IMG/VR virus record: IMGVR_UViG_3300028886_000002
Location: 32,001-96,000 of that record
Direction: 5' to 3' (one strand)
DNA: 64,000 nt
DNA from: a virus
Taxonomy: Duplodnaviria; Caudoviricetes
A program made the translations under genes and the position numbers. A model generated the notes under the pieces. That model saw only the letters and a program-made list of their open reading frames with translations, was not told the origin of the DNA and ran no database searches. Shown one piece after another: positions 13,586 through 25,735 of the stretch (positions are counted from its first letter, which is position 1; every line of letters starts with the position of its first letter).

Positions 13586-16472
13586 TAATTGTATTCCAAA
13601 AATAATAATGGGTGACTAGGAATTTGTTGGTTCCTAGTTACCCGCCCATTCGTCTCTTACACAAATATTGTAGAGTGTATTGGCTAATGGTAATAATGCT
13701 TCAGAGTTAAATTAGAGATTGTCTGATATTTCTAGTCTTGATTAGGTGTAGATAACTTCATTTGATCAAGTTGCTTAGATAATACCAGGTAATGCTACAT
13801 TTATGGATATATCTAAAAAGATACATTCTGAGGGGCGTATATATTCTCCAGTAAATAAATCTATAGAAGAAGCTATAAGTATTATCACTAAATATGGTAA
13901 TTATCCAAAAATATTATGGCTTAATGGCGATATAAAATTAAATGGAGCTTCTATTCCTAATGTTATTATTACTCCAAATGGAGAGGATATTATAGTTCTT
14001 AAATCGAATGATCCTTTTGAGATAAATATAGCATTATAGGAATACATTTATAAAACACTATTATCTACAAGAGCAAGAAGTTTCTTGAGTCTTATAGAGA
14101 CTGCTATGGGTAAAAAAATTACTCAAAAAAATAAAGACTAGATTGATTTAGTATTTAGAAGAAATCCTGCTATAGCTGCTATAGGAACTAAAGAAGAGTA
14201 CAGACAATATTTATTATCTATATTTCCAGAATCTGTAGAAACTTCAATCTATTGGCACGGCTCTAATTCTGATTTCTCGGAAGGATTTTAGAGTGCACAA
14301 AAAACTGAAGGTAGTGGTGCTCCTGAAGTACAGGATAGAAATGATATGTACTTTAATAAGTAGGCGTATGCTTCTATTCAATATGTAAATGGACAAAATA
14401 GAACTGCTCCAGCAGATGTTAATGGTTTTGCTCATTGGAATAAATTATATTGGGAACTTAAAGAGATCCTTTCTAATGGTTTATCTGGAGATTCTTGGAG
14501 AAATCAAGTAATTGATACAAGCACTATTAGAAAAGAAATTCCTAATAAAAGAGGTGAATTTGATCCAAAAAGAAAAAAAGGAAAGACTCTAGACTAGAGA
14601 AAAAGAGCTTATGGGTATGGTGAAGGTGATGAAGAAACAGTTGCTTTCTTTAGAGAAGTTTTTGGTATTGAAATAAATGACCCAAATAAAAAAATAACCT
14701 TTAATGAATGGGTTGCTAAAAACAAGAAAATCTTTAAGGATATGGAAGGAGAAGCTCCTGGTCTTTATCCTGTTATTCTTAATATCAAGAAACCTATTAG
14801 AGAAGAGGGCCAAGATACCTATTATGAGGGGCATCGCAGACTATTTACTAAAGCAGCTAAAAAAGGCAATGATGCTATTATAGGTACTCGTACTAAGAAT
14901 GAATTTGGGTCTGATGTAGTAGTAATGCTCAATCTTGAAGACAATCCAGAAGAAAGAGTACATTTTTTAGGAACTACAGCAGATTTAGAAGCGTTTGCAG
15001 CTTGGAAACAACAAAATCAACTTTCAACTGATAATATAATTGAGAAAATACTTCGAGACCCATTTATAAATGAATTTCTCGATTCTGAAGGTTCTGCTAT
15101 TACTGAAGGTTTTGATACCCTTAGAGATGAATTACAAAGTGTAGTACATTAGGCTATCAATGATGCAATTAGTACAGAACATTATTTTAGATTAGAGAAA
15201 GTAATTAGTGGAGGACAAACTGGAGTAGATACTGCAGGTGTTACTATAGCAAGAGAATTAGGATTTTCCACTGGAGGAACCGTGCCTGTAAATGGTTTAA
15301 GAGAAAGAGTAAATGGACAATCTAGTAATATATCTAAAGAGGATATGGTTAAGTTCGGATTTGAAGAAGTACAAGACATTACTGCTTCTAACCCTTACAC
15401 TGACAGAACAAGAGCTAATGTTCAAAACTCTGATGGTACTGTTTATATATTGGCTAGTAAGTATCTCGCTAGTGGAGAAGAATCCGCTGGTTATAAAGCT
15501 ACTTCAAGAGCTGCTATGGAACTCGGGAAACCTTTTGCAGTTGTCTATAGTGCATAGGACTTAAGAGAATTTGTTATAAATAATAACATTAGAGTATTGA
15601 ACATTGCAGGTTCTAGAGGCAGTTCCTATTCTCCTGGAGATGAAGAAAGAATAAATAGTATTATTAAAGATGGTCTTACTGCACAGCCTTGGATAACAAA
15701 AAATAGAGTTGAATCTTCTTTAGTTACTTCAAGATATCCAAGTGCAAACTACAACACTGATAATATGAGTGTTTCTGATGTACAAGACGCTCTCAATAAT
15801 CGTACTGCTAATATGGTTTCTTATTATGGAAAAAATAAAGCCAATCCATCTATTCCAGGCAATACTTTTGAAGCAATTCTAACTCATTAGAGAACCGCGA
15901 CTACTAGGTATGATAATTTATACTTTTGGACAAAGAAAGTAAAAGTCGGAGACATTGTAGCTTTTAAGAAGAGTAAAGAGGCAAATTCTAGTGTAGTTTT
16001 TGTAAGAATAAAAAGTATTAATCCTATAAATGAGGATGCTAATCCTTCAGAATGGTCAAGCAAAGAAGGTTGGTCATAGGCTTATTTTAAGGATACAGTC
16101 ATACCAAAAATTAGAGAAGCAAAAAAAGAGGGCAGGTAGCCAGTGTAGATAGAATATGAATATGTAGGAGCTATTATTAATGATGACTTAAAGAATGTTT
16201 AGGGAACAAGTGAAACTACCTTTACAATATAGACTCCTATAGGACCTCTTGAATTTAGAAATTAGAAGGATTTAGCAAATAAATTAATAACTATTAGAAA
16301 GCAAATAGTTGGAACACAGAATTAGGAAGCCGAAGAAAAACTATAGAATGATATGAATATGTATGCTCAAGCTATAGTTACAGGCATTCTTCCTAGCGGA
16401 AGGGATATAAATAATGATCCCGTCGAGATGTAGAATTTTATAAATACTGTTATCAATGACGGAAACTGCTAA
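13578..16472 (+). CDS. Polyvalent virion protein, 964 aa: ART-PolyVal-like + cpYpsA/MoCo-carrier-type SLOG + ASCH domains; TAG=Gln
   Basis: GTG start overlaps the RNAP stop; frame 3 is open to TAA 16470-16472 if TAG is read. Motifs: IYWHGS...MYF...YPVILNIKKP; KVISGGQTGVD...RTRANVQNSDGT...LNIAGSR; AILTHQRTATTR...KVGDIVAF. Confidence 0.8.
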
Positions 16473-16477
16473 TAAAT

Positions 16478-18190
16478 ATGGCTCAGTGTATTAATAAATT
16501 AGAAATAGAATATCAACAATTATTAGAAATGACAGGACTAATGCCAGCAGAATTAGATTTATATATAGGAGAATATTATCAAAAGAATGGAAAATGCCCT
16601 ACCGTAGATAGATTCCTCCGTACAACTAATACTACAGCGGCTTTTGTCAAGGAATATAATTTAAAGAAATGTGGCAAAGGATGGATAGCATAGGACGACA
16701 GACCTATTGATATTCCATTGATTAACTCTAAATACCGAGATATTGAAGTGTCCGCAATAACTTCTAATATTAGCCCTACTGTATATATGGCCAAAGTAAG
16801 AGCTATTTAGAATAGAGATTTGGACACACCTACAACTTATTTATTACCAACCACCATTGAACAAGTAAAAGAGCTAGAACCCGAGATGCAGCTCGAAGAT
16901 GGTTCCTACCTTTATAGGCAAGGTAACACAATTTATAGAACAAATTGTAAAGTTACTAGTCCTCTTTTACTTACTAATTATCCAAACTTTGCCACTTATT
17001 CTGAAGCTCTCACTACTCCAATAGAAAAAACAAGTTACGATAAAAGCGTAATTGATGTTATTAGATTAAATAGAGGTAAATTGTTTAACGATTAGTATAT
17101 TAAAGTAAAAACTTTGTTAAATTTGCCAGGGGAAATTAAGTTCTACAAAGATTTTAATTACCCAGTATTTGAATTTAATAATATTATTGGAGATCGTGAT
17201 TATTATATAAACTCTTTAGGAGTTCTATTAATAAATCCAGATTCTGTAAACACAGACTTAGATTTAGAAAGAATTATCTTACAAGCAGAGGGATTTAATG
17301 ACTCTTAGATTGAAACTATTTTATCTGGATTGTCTAACTATGAAACTTATGAAGCTATTAGACAATCTAACGACAGCTATTTATTACATAAAGTTAATAA
17401 TGGAACAGATATTAATAGTGTTGCTAATACTATTTCTCCAAAAACCCAAAATAATGGAGAAAATCATCTAGAAAAAATTCTTGATAGATTAGAGGAATTA
17501 TATGGAATAGGGTTTATAAGAACTAGTACAGCTGAATTACAATCTAATAATTTTACTGCTATTATCCCTGACGCTACTAGAGTAAATGCTTTTATATACT
17601 AGGGACAGATTTACATAAACATGGATAATGCTACATCTGATTCCCCTATTCACGAGTTATCTCATATATTATTAGGGGCTTTGAGGGATACTAACCCTGA
17701 TATATATTATACTTTGGTATAGTCAGTAGAGCAACTCCCAGATTATCAACAGAGACTTCAATAGTTTCCTAATCGAACTAGATAGGATGCTAATGAAGAA
17801 ATCTTTGTAGATTTATTTGCAAAGCATTATACAGAGGGCTTAAATCTTGAGGCTGATCAGAGTATTATAAATGATGCAGAATATGAAATTAAGCATAATA
17901 TAGATTCAGGTATATTCCCAAATAAAAGCACTACTACAATAAATTTAGCAGAGCTTATGAATAAATCCTTAAATGAAATAATGGATGTATTTGGGACTGC
18001 CATTAATAGAGATACTTTAATAAAATCTTATAATAGTGATACAGCATATTGTCGTACAATATCTAATTTAAAAGAGGAACTTTTAAAAAGAAAAGAATTG
18101 GAAGAATATTGCTCAGATGGTGGGCATCATTCTTAGAGAATAATTAATGCTTATCGCAGAGGTTAGGATTCTAATCCTGCTAAATTTTAA
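16478..18190 (+). CDS. Virion protein with zincin-like metallopeptidase domain, 570 aa; TAG=Gln
   Basis: Frame-2 fragments join through TAG to TAA 18188-18190. HELSH (HExxH) at 17651-17665, followed by NEEIFV. Confidence 0.8.
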
Positions 18191-18199
18191 AAAGGTCGA

Positions 18200-18415
18200 A
18201 TGATGGATAATGCTAAAGATTTAGATACATTTATAGAAAATGTTAAGAAGTCTTTTCGTGAAACAGAAAGAGGAACTTTTGATGTCAACGGTGTCTTCTA
18301 TAAAAACCCTGACGTTACATATGCTTAGAATGTTAGAGGAGCAAAAGATATAAGAGATCTCTGGAATGAATATAGATCTTATGTAACAGATAAATATCCA
18401 AACGCAAATATATAA
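18200..18415 (+). CDS. Small hypothetical protein (71 aa, one TAG), in frame with the upstream zincin gene
   Basis: ATG 18200 to TAA 18413-18415, one internal TAG; fills the gap before the next gene. Confidence 0.5.
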
Positions 18416-18421
18416 TAAATT

Positions 18422-21400
18422 ATGAGTACATGTGTATATAAACTTGGAGGAAGAGTATTTGGTTCAGAGTTGGATTTAGATAATTTCTTATATAATTATC
18501 TCGGATCTTTTGATGCAGACAGCATACCTGATCTTGTATTTAGTACACGATCTCCTAAAGCTAATGTGCTTTCTAAAAAATTGGATGATAAAGCTGAAGC
18601 TTTAAAAGCCAATGTAGTTAAAGCTGCAAAACTAAGGGCTAGAAGAGATGAATTTGTTAGTGAAGCAGAAAGTGCATTAATAGCAAATTACTATGGTGCT
18701 AATATGGTATTATCTACTGTAGAAATCGCCCCAAATACAAGAATAACACCAGAGTTCATTCGCTCTAAATTAAAAGCTAACTTGTTTAATTAGTGGACTG
18801 GTTAGCCTTCAGCTAAATCAACAGGTATTAGTAAAAACATTGCTGATATTTTAGCCGCAGCAGGCTATACAGAGAATGGCAGGCAATTAAAAGCTGGAGA
18901 TATTATTACAGAATAGACATATGCTGGCAATTCCACCAATATAGAAGATATTTTCCCTAAATGCAATGATATATTTGAAAATTATGTATGGCCTTATTGG
19001 GCAGGTTTAGGAAAAGTAGGTACTGCTATGCACCGTGTAGCAGAAATGTTTTGGTTGGGAGAAAGCACTATTTCCATATTAAATGATTCTGTTGTTATAA
19101 CTGGTGATGACAGTTTTACTGGCGATTTATCTAGTGTTTCTCCAGTACTTTCTAATGATACTATACATGAATTTCTTACATATCTAAATAGTTTAAAAAC
19201 TACTTTGCAAGCTCGACATGGAAAAAATTGTAAATTTAGACCTGAGTATCCAGTAGTTGCTAAAAGCTCTCTTCCAGTAAAAGGCAATCATAAGGCTCAT
19301 ATTATAGGTATCATTGACTTAGTAGTAGAAGACGAATAGGGAATACCTCATATTTATGACTATAAAACGTCCGATAAAGATATGGATGAATGGGGTGCAA
19401 TTAAAAGAAGATCTTATATGGCTCAGTTAGGTTTATATAGACGTATTCTTGAATCTTATGGTATAAATATAGAAGGTTCTACTCTAGGAATTTTACCTAT
19501 AAATTTAGCAAATTACACCATAACAAATGAGGGGTCACCTAGAGTAAATTCAATAGAATGTCCTAAAGATGTAAGAGGTCTTCCTTACATTGAAGATGTT
19601 TCTAGAGAACCAGCCTTATCACCTTTAGGAGAATTAACTGCAAAAATTAATAAGTTAGTATATGCTGAAAATGAACTTGAAGCTTTACCAACTAACTTTA
19701 TTAGAGATATTGAAACACATTTCAAAGAACTCTTCCCAAGTTATACCTTTTAGAAAGACTATGATGATGCTGTAAAAGAAGGTATAGAAGCTGAGATAAA
19801 AGAAAACTTGAATAATGGTAAGTACATGTTCCCAAAAATTCCTGGTGAAAAAGAACGTATGGAATATGATAAAGAGGAAATATCTTAGCATATGGAAGAA
19901 TTTTATAAAAAGTATGTTACTTAGAATGATATAGCTCAAAAGCGTAACATATTTTATATAAAACAAGCTATTAGAGAGTAGGATCCCGCTAGACTTCCAG
20001 CAGTATCTTCTGTTAACTATGGAGACAAAGGCGAATGGTTTATTCCAATGTTTTCTAGATATTGTAACGGCTCGTGGGAACCTGTAAACAATGACGCTCT
20101 TGAGAGTTTAAACATATTAGCTTTAAGAAATAAAATCTCTGGACAAGTTAACATCTTTGTTCTAAGCGGATATGACTTAAGCCGTAAAGTAAAAATGAAA
20201 GAGGGTAATACAGTCCTAGGGTAGCATGTTAATGATATTACACCACAACATGAAGGCGTTATTCCATTAGAAGCTGATTTAGGAAACATTGAATTAATGA
20301 AAGCAATGGTAGCTATTAATTTAGCATCTAGATCAGTTCTTCGTAAAGGGGATAAACTAGGCGAAGTTATGGCAATAAATATTTGGAATCAGTAGGGTAG
20401 AACTACCTCTAATAAGCAATTAATGGATAATTTCAATGCTCTATGTGATTATTCACAAACAACTATGCCTAATAATTTTGCCAATGGTAAAATAGAAGTA
20501 GCGTCTGCAACTCAAAAAGTTGCTACTACTATGCTTGAATTAGGTTCTTTGGAAAAAGTGGGAGTTTTAAACCGTATATACTCTAAATATGAAAAAAGCT
20601 TAGTGTCTTTGGACATTGAATATGATACATTAAATAGACTTCGTAAGGAATTAGAGGATGCATATCCAGATTTAGCAAAAGGAGAAGTAGATATTAATAC
20701 ATCCCAAGGGGCTATGTATTCTACTATTATGACTGCTATTTCTGAAATGAATAATGCTTATTATACACAAGAATTAAGAGAAAGTTCCTTTATATCTCTT
20801 AATGTCAATACTCCTGAAATGATGGAATCTTCTAATTTAAGAAGATTAAGAGCTTTAACTAACAATGCATTCTAGAGATTACGTGATAGAATGAATAATG
20901 AAGCTGCCGAGTGGAGAATCCATTATGACAAATTAATAAAAGCCAAAGGTTACAGTAGAGGAGAAAAGTGGATCACTGATAATGATTCACGTCTTTATGA
21001 GAATATGATTATTCATAATAAAGAATAGGGTATTCTTAAATTTAAAAATCCTTGGGATCAGACTACAGACTTGACTAAAGAAGAAAGAGAATTCTTAAAA
21101 TGGTATCTTGATAAACAAGACAAACTAAGGTTTGAAGAGGATAGCACAGAAGAAAGTCGTCAATTAAGAAGGGCAGACTCTAATAGTCAATACTTTGATG
21201 TTCCTTTAATGGAATCTAAGGGACAAGAAAAAATCTTAAATGGCAGAACTAAAGGTTTAGTGGCATGGTTTAAGCGTACAATGCAATGGTGGAGACACCC
21301 AATTCAAAATGCTAAACGATTAGAAGCGAAGGTTTTAACAAATGAGAAAGCCGACGAAGCAAAGAAGACTGCACAAGCTTTTAGAATTATGGATGTTTTT

Positions 21401-23182
21401 GAAGAAAGTGAAAATGAAGTAACTCGAACAAAACTTTTAAAAGAGCACGATCTTAGCTATTTTACTACAAGCGTTGAAAAAATATTCTATGCTTATTCTT
21501 TCTCTAAAATTAGAAAGAGTGTATTAGATTCTTATATGCCTGTATTAAAAGGTATGTATGTAATGCTAAAAACAAATGGTACATTAAACAATATTGGGAT
21601 AGAATAGATGTAGAAATATCTATTAAATTATGTTGAAGCTAAGATAATGAATCGCTCTTTGGTATCTGATGAATACAAAGGTCTAGCACATGCTATGAGT
21701 AAACTTAGAAATATAACAAGTGAGGTTACATTAGGTGTTTCTCCTAAGGCATTCTTATTCTAGCTTATTGAAGGCGTATGGAAAAATAATTCTCGTTCTA
21801 TTGTTAAACCTATGGGACTTAACCAATTTGGACAAAAAGAATATAAAGATGCTTTAATATGGCTTCTTGGAGATGCTAAAAATCACTTTAAAGTAGTATC
21901 AATGGGTGAGCTTATAAATGAACAATATGGTATAAATGACTAGGATATTAATGTACTACAAGACAGATTACGTCAAGGGCAAGATGCTTTAACATTTTAG
22001 GGTAAATTAATGTGGATGGTTAGTGCTCCAGATTATATGAATCGTATGGCTATATTTGTTGCATAGATGAAAGCTGACGGTTGCTTTGATGCTCATACCA
22101 TGAATGATGACGGATTTACAATGTCCTATGATTGTTCTAAAGATACACGCTTTAATAAACTTAAATTTAATAAAAAGTCTAGAGAAGATGTAAATACTAA
22201 CAATCCAGAATATCTTAAATAGCTAGCTCTTTATAAAAGAATGGTAGATGAGTTTAATGCTTAGGGGTATAAGATTATAGATCCTAATACTGGACTAGAA
22301 AGAAAAATGACTTATAATGATAAATTACCTAGGGCTTATACCAATAGAGAGGCTAGAAGTATAAAATCATTTGCAGATTCTTTGTATGGCTATTATAATC
22401 ATGAGGATCAATATCTATTAAAGAGTTATTTATTAGGTGCTTTATTTACTTAGTTTAGAACTTACTGGTCTTCTCTTAAGAACAGATGGTGGCTACGTGG
22501 AGGTATTTACAGTCAAGGACATTGGGAACATATGAAGAACTCAAAAGGAGAGTTAATGTATAAAAAAATAATTAACGAAGGTCAAGAGAATGAAAGAGTA
22601 ATTCTTGTTCCTGAAAGTCAATTGAACGGTGAAAATCTCGAACCATATATGGATTGGAAAGGTTCCTATTAGGAAGGCTATGGTTAGACAGTTTTAAGTC
22701 TCTTTAAAGATATGTTTAGTCCAAATGAAGATGATTTGTCTATGTCTGAAAGAGCCAGACAATGGTGGAAAGGGCAAGAAGGTATTGATGATACTGTTGC
22801 CTATACAAGAAGAGCTAATATAAAATTAATGATTCACGATTTATCAGTATTCTGTTTAATATAGTTAATATTTGGTACAATCATTATGCAACTATTTAAA
22901 GAGCAAAAGAAGAATGATAAAACTAGAAATCTAACTGCAATGGAAAAAGCACTAAGATCTGCTGAAAGAGTAGGACTTTATGCTATGATTCAATCAGGAT
23001 CCGACCTTGGAATTGGTGATGTGTTTTCACCAATGACTGATTGGACTCCTCCTAGCTTTGCAGTAGCTAAAGAAGCTTGGAAAGATATGGGAGAAGTAAT
23101 GACTGGTGATTAGAATTTCTTCAAAGCAGTAGTTGATAATGTAGGATTCTTACGACAGACTAAAACTTTATGGTCACTTTGA
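18422..23182 (+). CDS. Large virion cargo protein, 1586 aa, with PD-(D/E)xK (RecB/Cas4-like) nuclease domain; TAG=Gln
   Basis: Frame 2 is open through TAG to TGA 23180-23182. GTAMHRVAE...IIGIIDLVVEDE(TAG)GIPHIYDYKTS...AQLGLY at about 19019-19440. Confidence 0.85.
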
Positions 23183-23194
23183 TTAAATATAGAG

Positions 23195-23238
23195 AAAAAA
23201 AATGGGCCAACACTCCGAAGAGTGTTGACCCGTTTTTA
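23195..23238. terminator. Bidirectional rho-independent terminator between convergent modules
   Basis: A-tract, stem gggccaacactc-cgaa-gagtgttgaccc, then T-tract; lies between the + gene stop (23182) and the - gene stop (23244). Confidence 0.85.
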
Positions 23239-23243
23239 TTTAA

Positions 23244-23654
23244 TTAATCCTCAATTTTAAGAGAGATTGCTTCTTTGCCTTTAGTTTCTTCTTTAGGAAG
23301 ATAGATATTTAAAATACCATTCTTAAGATCTACTTTAACATTTTGATAATCAATATCATCACTTAAAGCTATCTTTCTTTCACATTTTTCAGAAAAGAAT
23401 TCGTGATTATCATCATAACCTTCATCTTTACTGCGTTCTCCAGTAACTGTTAATATGTTATCCTTTATTGTTACTTTAAGTTCCTCTTTATTAAAACCAG
23501 GAACCATCACTTGAATTGTATAGGAATTTTCTTCCTCTTTCATTCTAACAGGTACAACATAATCAGTTATCTTACATTCAGGTAAATTAAGTTCTCCAAA
23601 CTTGTTAAGAGAATCTCTTAAATAACTTTGAATTTCTTTGAAAGAATTACTCAT
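23244..23654 (-). CDS. Hsp20/alpha-crystallin small heat-shock protein
   Basis: VPGFNKEELKV...LTVTGER...LKNGILNIYLPK and C-terminal LKI motif. Confidence 0.9.
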   Translation of the reverse strand: MSNSFKEIQSYLRDSLNKFGELNLPECKITDYVVPVRMKEEENSYTIQVMVPGFNKEELKVTIKDNILTVTGERSKDEGYDDNHEFFSEKCERKIALSDDIDYQNVKVDLKNGILNIYLPKEETKGKEAISLKIED

Positions 23655-23656
23655 TT

Positions 23657-24730
23657 TTAAAATCCAATTTTCTTTTCAGTTTTAACCCCATTATCTTCCT
23701 GGTAATTAAAGACATCACAAAGAGGCATCTCTTTAGGTGTCTCATTAATATTGAATTTTTCAAATAGATGTGTAACTTTATCTTTAGTTAGTTTACTAAA
23801 TTCATATTTTAATTTTAGTCTTCCTTTTCTTAATAGTGCAGAATCTACATTTGTTAGACTATCATTAAAAGTACATATGAATTTAAGGTTTAAAGAATCT
23901 CCTAGCATTCCATCTGAAATATTCAATATAGGAGTAATTAGGGTATTGTAATTACTACCTCTGTCTTTTAATACCATTTCACAATCTTCTAATATAAATA
24001 CAGAATCTTTACACTTAAATAAAAAGTCCATAAATGCAGTAGAATTTATCTGAGAAAACATAGAACTATCCAACCAATAAAACTTGATATCAGGATTATC
24101 TGTTATAAGTTTTCTTATAAGGAAGGATTTACCAGTTCCAGGTTCTCCATGAAGTAGTATAAGAGCACTACTTTTTGCTTGTATAATATCTTCTATTTTA
24201 TCATAAGGAAGATCATCATTATAGTTACTCTCTAAATCTACTTCATCTTGTCTGATTGGCATTAAATTAACATTAAATCTACCATTATTATCTACAGATA
24301 CAAATTTAAGATTGGCTTTATCACCAAGTTCATCAACTATACAGTCAATTATTTTTTGGCTTTTCTTTTCATTAACATTAAATATAGTACCCCTAAATAA
24401 TATAAATTCATTAGTTATTACGAATTTATAAGATTTCCATACATGCACGTAACATTCAAAATTCTTTATAATTTTTTCAGTAGTTTCATCAATATTAATT
24501 TTACCTCTTGGGTGATATTCTCCCTCTTCATCCCAATTTTCATCACTAATCTTCTCTTCTACTGTCAATTCATCAAAGAAATACATTACATGTGGTACTT
24601 TGCCATAAATCTTTACAAATAGAGCATAACAAAAAGCATCATCGTTAGTATTTTCTATTGTTGTTGCATCTTTGGAAGCTAATTCATAAATAGCATTTAG
24701 AGTTATTTGTTTTAGTTCTTCTTTCGTCAT
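23657..24730 (-). CDS. AAA+ ATPase
   Basis: Walker A GEPGTGKS, Walker B ILEDCE, SRH DSALLRKGRL. Confidence 0.88.
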   Translation of the reverse strand: MTKEELKQITLNAIYELASKDATTIENTNDDAFCYALFVKIYGKVPHVMYFFDELTVEEKISDENWDEEGEYHPRGKINIDETTEKIIKNFECYVHVWKSYKFVITNEFILFRGTIFNVNEKKSQKIIDCIVDELGDKANLKFVSVDNNGRFNVNLMPIRQDEVDLESNYNDDLPYDKIEDIIQAKSSALILLHGEPGTGKSFLIRKLITDNPDIKFYWLDSSMFSQINSTAFMDFLFKCKDSVFILEDCEMVLKDRGSNYNTLITPILNISDGMLGDSLNLKFICTFNDSLTNVDSALLRKGRLKLKYEFSKLTKDKVTHLFEKFNINETPKEMPLCDVFNYQEDNGVKTEKKIGF

Positions 24731-25437
24731 ATTTCAAAATCAAGAGGTGGATAAACTTCATCGTAACTTTCGTCAAGTATTGAAACTGTAGCAAATTTAG
24801 TACTAGTTTCAGGATATTCCTGAATAGAATGGTCAGAAGAGTGGATGTGTCCAGAGATTGCTATCTTTGGCTTTTTTTCTATAATAGCATTTGTAAGCAC
24901 TTTATTACCAGCGCGTTCCCCAGAATAATATCCTTGAGTAATAACTCCCATATTTCCAATATCTGGAGCATCATGAGTCATACATACATCACAGCATTTT
25001 GGTAATGTCTTATATTTCTCCTCTAAGAAAGAATCTACAGACATAAAAGCCCAATCACCAAATTGATGACACCAAGGAGAACCCCAAAACATATAACTCT
25101 TACCATCTTTATTGTAAAAATCTACAGTATCATTTAGGAATTCTATTTTATTACTAGTCGGCACTCTAATGACAGAATGATAATATGGCTGATTATAATA
25201 AAGGCTTTCACCTATAAAATCGTGATTACCCCAAACAGCATACACTTTATCACATGGTAATTTATTTATCCAAGGAACAAAGAATTTCTTTAGCCATTTC
25301 TCACTTTTAGGAATATTACGTTGAATATTTAATGGTACTATATCACCACAAATAAATAATACATCAAAACGATCAGTTATCTGCGGGAGTACACCATGAA
25401 GATCACTAATAGCTTTACACTTTAATTTACTCTCCAT
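24727..25437 (-). CDS. Calcineurin-like metallophosphoesterase
   Basis: SDLHG, CGDI, GNHD, THDAP and GHIH motifs. Confidence 0.9.
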   Translation of the reverse strand: MESKLKCKAISDLHGVLPQITDRFDVLFICGDIVPLNIQRNIPKSEKWLKKFFVPWINKLPCDKVYAVWGNHDFIGESLYYNQPYYHSVIRVPTSNKIEFLNDTVDFYNKDGKSYMFWGSPWCHQFGDWAFMSVDSFLEEKYKTLPKCCDVCMTHDAPDIGNMGVITQGYYSGERAGNKVLTNAIIEKKPKIAISGHIHSSDHSIQEYPETSTKFATVSILDESYDEVYPPLDFEI

Positions 25438-25621
25438 TATTATTATCCTTTATATATTCATCAACATAAGTAATTAATGCTTTATTTATAGTTTCTTCAC
25501 TAAATGTCTGTGCTCTCATTTGTCCAACAAAGAGATGTATCAAATCATATGCACAGATTCCTTCGTCTTTAGTTTCTGTTGTAGTAACTAGTCCGTCTAG
25601 ATTTAATTTTAATTCAGTCAT
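25427..25621 (-). CDS. Hypothetical protein
   Basis: 64-aa ORF coupled to the downstream gene. Confidence 0.65.
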   Translation of the reverse strand: MTELKLNLDGLVTTTETKDEGICAYDLIHLFVGQMRAQTFSEETINKALITYVDEYIKDNNNGE

Positions 25622-25639
25622 AATTTTAAATGCGTTTTA

Positions 25640-25735
25640 AAGCTATTTAGAGAGCCTCTCAGAGGCTTTTAGTTTCTGTCTAAGTAAGTAAGTGTTACAG
25701 AAATAAAAGCCCGCAGAAAGGCTCTATGATAGCTT
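25640..25735. other. Long imperfect inverted repeat; candidate structured RNA or DNA element
   Basis: Nested pairings agcta/tagct, agagcct/aggctct, ggctttt/aaaagcc and tttctg/cagaaa across an intergenic gap. Confidence 0.55.

Noticed and set aside
19000-19520. Cas4 / CRISPR adaptation gene
   Set aside because: No Fe-S cysteine cluster pattern, no cas genes or array; a generic PD-(D/E)xK domain in a cargo protein.
85-20289. Minus-strand ORFs opposite the cargo genes (e.g. 8467-8769, 11548-11910, 12622-13101) and the off-frame 15313-15564
   Set aside because: Shadow ORFs of long coding frames with no recognisable motifs.
1-23182. Reading the + strand fragments as many small genes, pseudogenes or sequencing errors
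   Set aside because: Interruptions are only TAG, frames hold for kilobases and catalytic motifs are intact. Decay would also give TAA/TGA and frameshifts.
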